Source: Lentisphaeria bacterium
GTDB lineage: Bacteria; Verrucomicrobiota; Lentisphaeria; Oligosphaerales; JAFGRS01
Direction: 5' to 3'
Assembly (NCBI GenBank): GCA_016935045.1
Contig: JAFGRS010000340.1
Coordinates: 1 to 25,050 of the forward strand
Length of the DNA: 25,050 nucleotides
The number at the start of each line of letters is the position of its first letter. Position 1 is the stretch's first letter. The position numbers and the translations under genes were made by a program. This document shows positions 23,108 through 25,050 of this stretch, piece by piece. The notes beneath the pieces are model-generated. The model made no database searches. It was not told the DNA's origin and was given only the letters and a program-made list of their open reading frames with translations.

Positions 23108-23376
23108 TGAGTCGCTCTGTCAAAAAGGGCCCCTTTGTCGACGACCACCTGGCCAGAAAGGTCGAGGTGCTGAATCGCAGCGGCCGCAAAGCCATCGTCA
23201 AGACCTGGTCGCGCAGGTCCATGATCATGCCGGATTTCGTCGGACACACGTTCGCGGTGCACAATGGCAAGGTGTTCCAGAACGTCTTCGTGACCGAGAA
23301 CATGGTGGGCCACCGGCTGGGGGAATTCGTCCCCACCCGGACCTTCCGGTCCCACGGCGCCATCTCCGGCAAGTAA
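23107..23376 (+). CDS. rpsS: 30S ribosomal protein S19
   Basis: [31 protein letters not shown]; GTG start overlaps the rplB stop by 1 nt. Confidence 0.99.
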   Translation: MSRSVKKGPFVDDHLARKVEVLNRSGRKAIVKTWSRRSMIMPDFVGHTFAVHNGKVFQNVFVTENMVGHRLGEFVPTRTFRSHGAISGK

Positions 23377-23452
23377 CCGTCTGTCCGGGACGGCCGCGTG
23401 CAGCGGCGGTTCCTCGAGCCGGTCGTCGACGGGCCATACGGGCATCCCGGGC

Positions 23453-23490
23453 GGAATGCCTCGGCCTGACGGCGCCGGTTCCTTTTTTTT
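23453..23490 (+). terminator. Probable intrinsic terminator ending the truncated S10 operon
   Basis: Imperfect GC hairpin (GGAA..TCGGC / GCCGG..TTCC) immediately followed by T8 (23483-23490), a rare run in this GC-rich window. Confidence 0.55.
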
Positions 23491-23655
23491 GAAAAGCGCG
23501 GCGCTGCGCGCAACCGGGACTATGGACCGTCGTCCATCGTCTCGATCGCGCCACGAGACCTGGAGCAGTCCCGAGACCGTACGCCAGGGAATGGCTGCCT
23601 ACACCGCTGCCTATCCCCCCGGCACCGGCAAACCAGCACAGGAGCCGGAACCACC

Positions 23656-24795
23656 ATGACCGACATACGCCCGGGCACCGAAGCAGACTTCGACATCGTC
23701 ATGGACCGCGTGGTCGTGAGCTTCAGGGAGCGGAACCCCGGACACCTTCGCTTCGAGGAACTCTACCCCGACGTCGCGCGCTCCGAGGCGATGCCCCAAT
23801 GGCGCCTCGCCTTCCTCGACGGCCAACTGGCCGCGGGGCTGCAATTGGTGCCCCGGCCGTTCGTCGCCGCGGGTTCCGTGCGTCTGTCCGGGATGGGGCT
23901 CGGAAACGTCTTCTGCTACCCTCCCTTCCGCAACCGGGGGCTGATGAGCACGCTGCTGCGCAGTTGCATCGAGGAGATGGAACGGGAACGTGTCCCCGTC
24001 TGCCTTCTCGGCGGCGACCGGTCGCGCTACGGCAACTACGGCTGGGAACACGCCGGCATGGACCGGAGCCTGACACTGGCGGCCGGGGTCAGCCGTTTCC
24101 TCCCCGCTGCCCAGGTCTCCGCGGTGGAGATCCGGGACTGGCGCGGCGACCCGGGCGATGCCCTGCGCCTGCTCGAATGCTACGCGGCGCTTCCCTACCG
24201 CACCGAACGTACAGCGGCCGAGTTCGGACGCGTCCTGCGTCGGCCGGGACACGTGGTCTGGATCTGCGAGCGGACGGACCGGGGGTTCGGCTACGTGGTT
24301 GTCCGGGGGGGTACGGTCCTGGAATACGCCGGCACGGCGGCTGCCGTTGCCCAGCTCGTGCGTTTCCTGGTCCAGAGCGGTTCGTGGAATGCCGTCCTGC
24401 CGCCCGTCGAAGGCGAGGGTCCCCTCGAGAAGCTCCTGCTTGGGCAGGCCCAGCACTACAGCGTCCGGCCCACCGGCATGGTCCGGATCAACGCCATGGG
24501 GGCCGTCCTCGAAGCCTACATGCCGCTGCTCCGCTCCCGGCTCCAGGCATGGGACGGTGACCTCGCCCTGCGCTGCCTGGACAACGGCGAAACCGTCCGC
24601 CTGGTCGGCGAAGCCGGCTCTCTGCGCGTCGAAGACGGCGCCCCCTCGCTCCCCGCTCTCGAACTCTCCCGCAGGGAGATGGCCCAGCTCTTCTTCGGAC
24701 CCTTCACCCCGGATGTCGGGGACTGGTCCCGTCACAGCGGCCTGCGGCGGCTGTTCCCTCTGCCGCTCCACTGGCATGCCCTGTCGCACGTCTGA
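23656..24795 (+). CDS. Eis-like GNAT acetyltransferase (N-terminal GNAT, second GNAT-like fold, C-terminal SCP2-like domain)
   Basis: Acetyl-CoA motif A (LGNVFCYPPFRNRGLMSTLL) and motif B-like YGNYGWE; 379 aa; C-terminal ...LELSRREMAQLFFG; SD AGGAG. Family assignment is by resemblance only. Confidence 0.75.
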   Translation: MTDIRPGTEADFDIVMDRVVVSFRERNPGHLRFEELYPDVARSEAMPQWRLAFLDGQLAAGLQLVPRPFVAAGSVRLSGMGLGNVFCYPPFRNRGLMSTLLRSCIEEMERERVPVCLLGGDRSRYGNYGWEHAGMDRSLTLAAGVSRFLPAAQVSAVEIRDWRGDPGDALRLLECYAALPYRTERTAAEFGRVLRRPGHVVWICERTDRGFGYVVVRGGTVLEYAGTAAAVAQLVRFLVQSGSWNAVLPPVEGEGPLEKLLLGQAQHYSVRPTGMVRINAMGAVLEAYMPLLRSRLQAWDGDLALRCLDNGETVRLVGEAGSLRVEDGAPSLPALELSRREMAQLFFGPFTPDVGDWSRHSGLRRLFPLPLHWHALSHV

Positions 24796-25050
24796 AGGGT
24801 GCCGTTCCCGGGCGCTGTCCGGCGTGCCAGCGGCAGTCCGGGGGCGAGTCTGGCAGGCGCACTTCCCGCCTGCAACGCCTGCCAAAACTCCCCGCCGCGC
24901 GCAAGCGCAATGCCCATCTCTGCAGCGTTCCATCTGGAGCCGGCGGTCCTCCGCCGTACCTGTCTCGGTTCGGCATACCGCCGAGGACCTGTCTGCGTGC
25001 GACGTACAGGCAGGCGGCGGGCTCCAGCGCCTCTTCTCCGGGCGTTCTGC

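Noticed and set aside
23377-23655. Possible rplV pseudogene or small ORF (23456-23659) in the spacer
   Set aside because: No L22-like residues seen; the small ORF spans the terminator and has no recognisable features.
24964-24985. GGTTCGGCA considered as a tRNA T-loop
   Set aside because: No matching T-stem, acceptor stem or anticodon arm.

Overview
High-GC bacterial core-genome window holding the main transcription/translation gene cluster on the + strand: rpsA - tRNA-Thr(GGT) - tuf - rpmG - tRNA-Trp(CCA) - secE - nusG - rplK - rplA - rplJ - rplL - rpoB - rpoC - rpsL - rpsG - fusA-like - rpsJ - rplC - rplD - rplW - rplB - rpsS. The S10 operon stops at rpsS and is followed by an Eis-like GNAT acetyltransferase gene. 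The left edge carries the 5' part of a divergent minus-strand gene missing from the ORF track, a secreted beta-propeller plus Ig-like protein. Gene order and protein signatures suggest a PVC-superphylum, possibly Lentisphaerota-like, organism (inference). No mobile element, CRISPR or clearly new multi-gene system was found. The most notable observations are: a ~62-nt two-unit element repeated just upstream of both the rpsA and rpsL promoters; the S10 operon break; a str-locus EF-G with degenerate domain IV loops; natural RpoB H526N and S12 K88R alleles; and several strongly structured intergenic segments. All pairings and alignments were done by eye.
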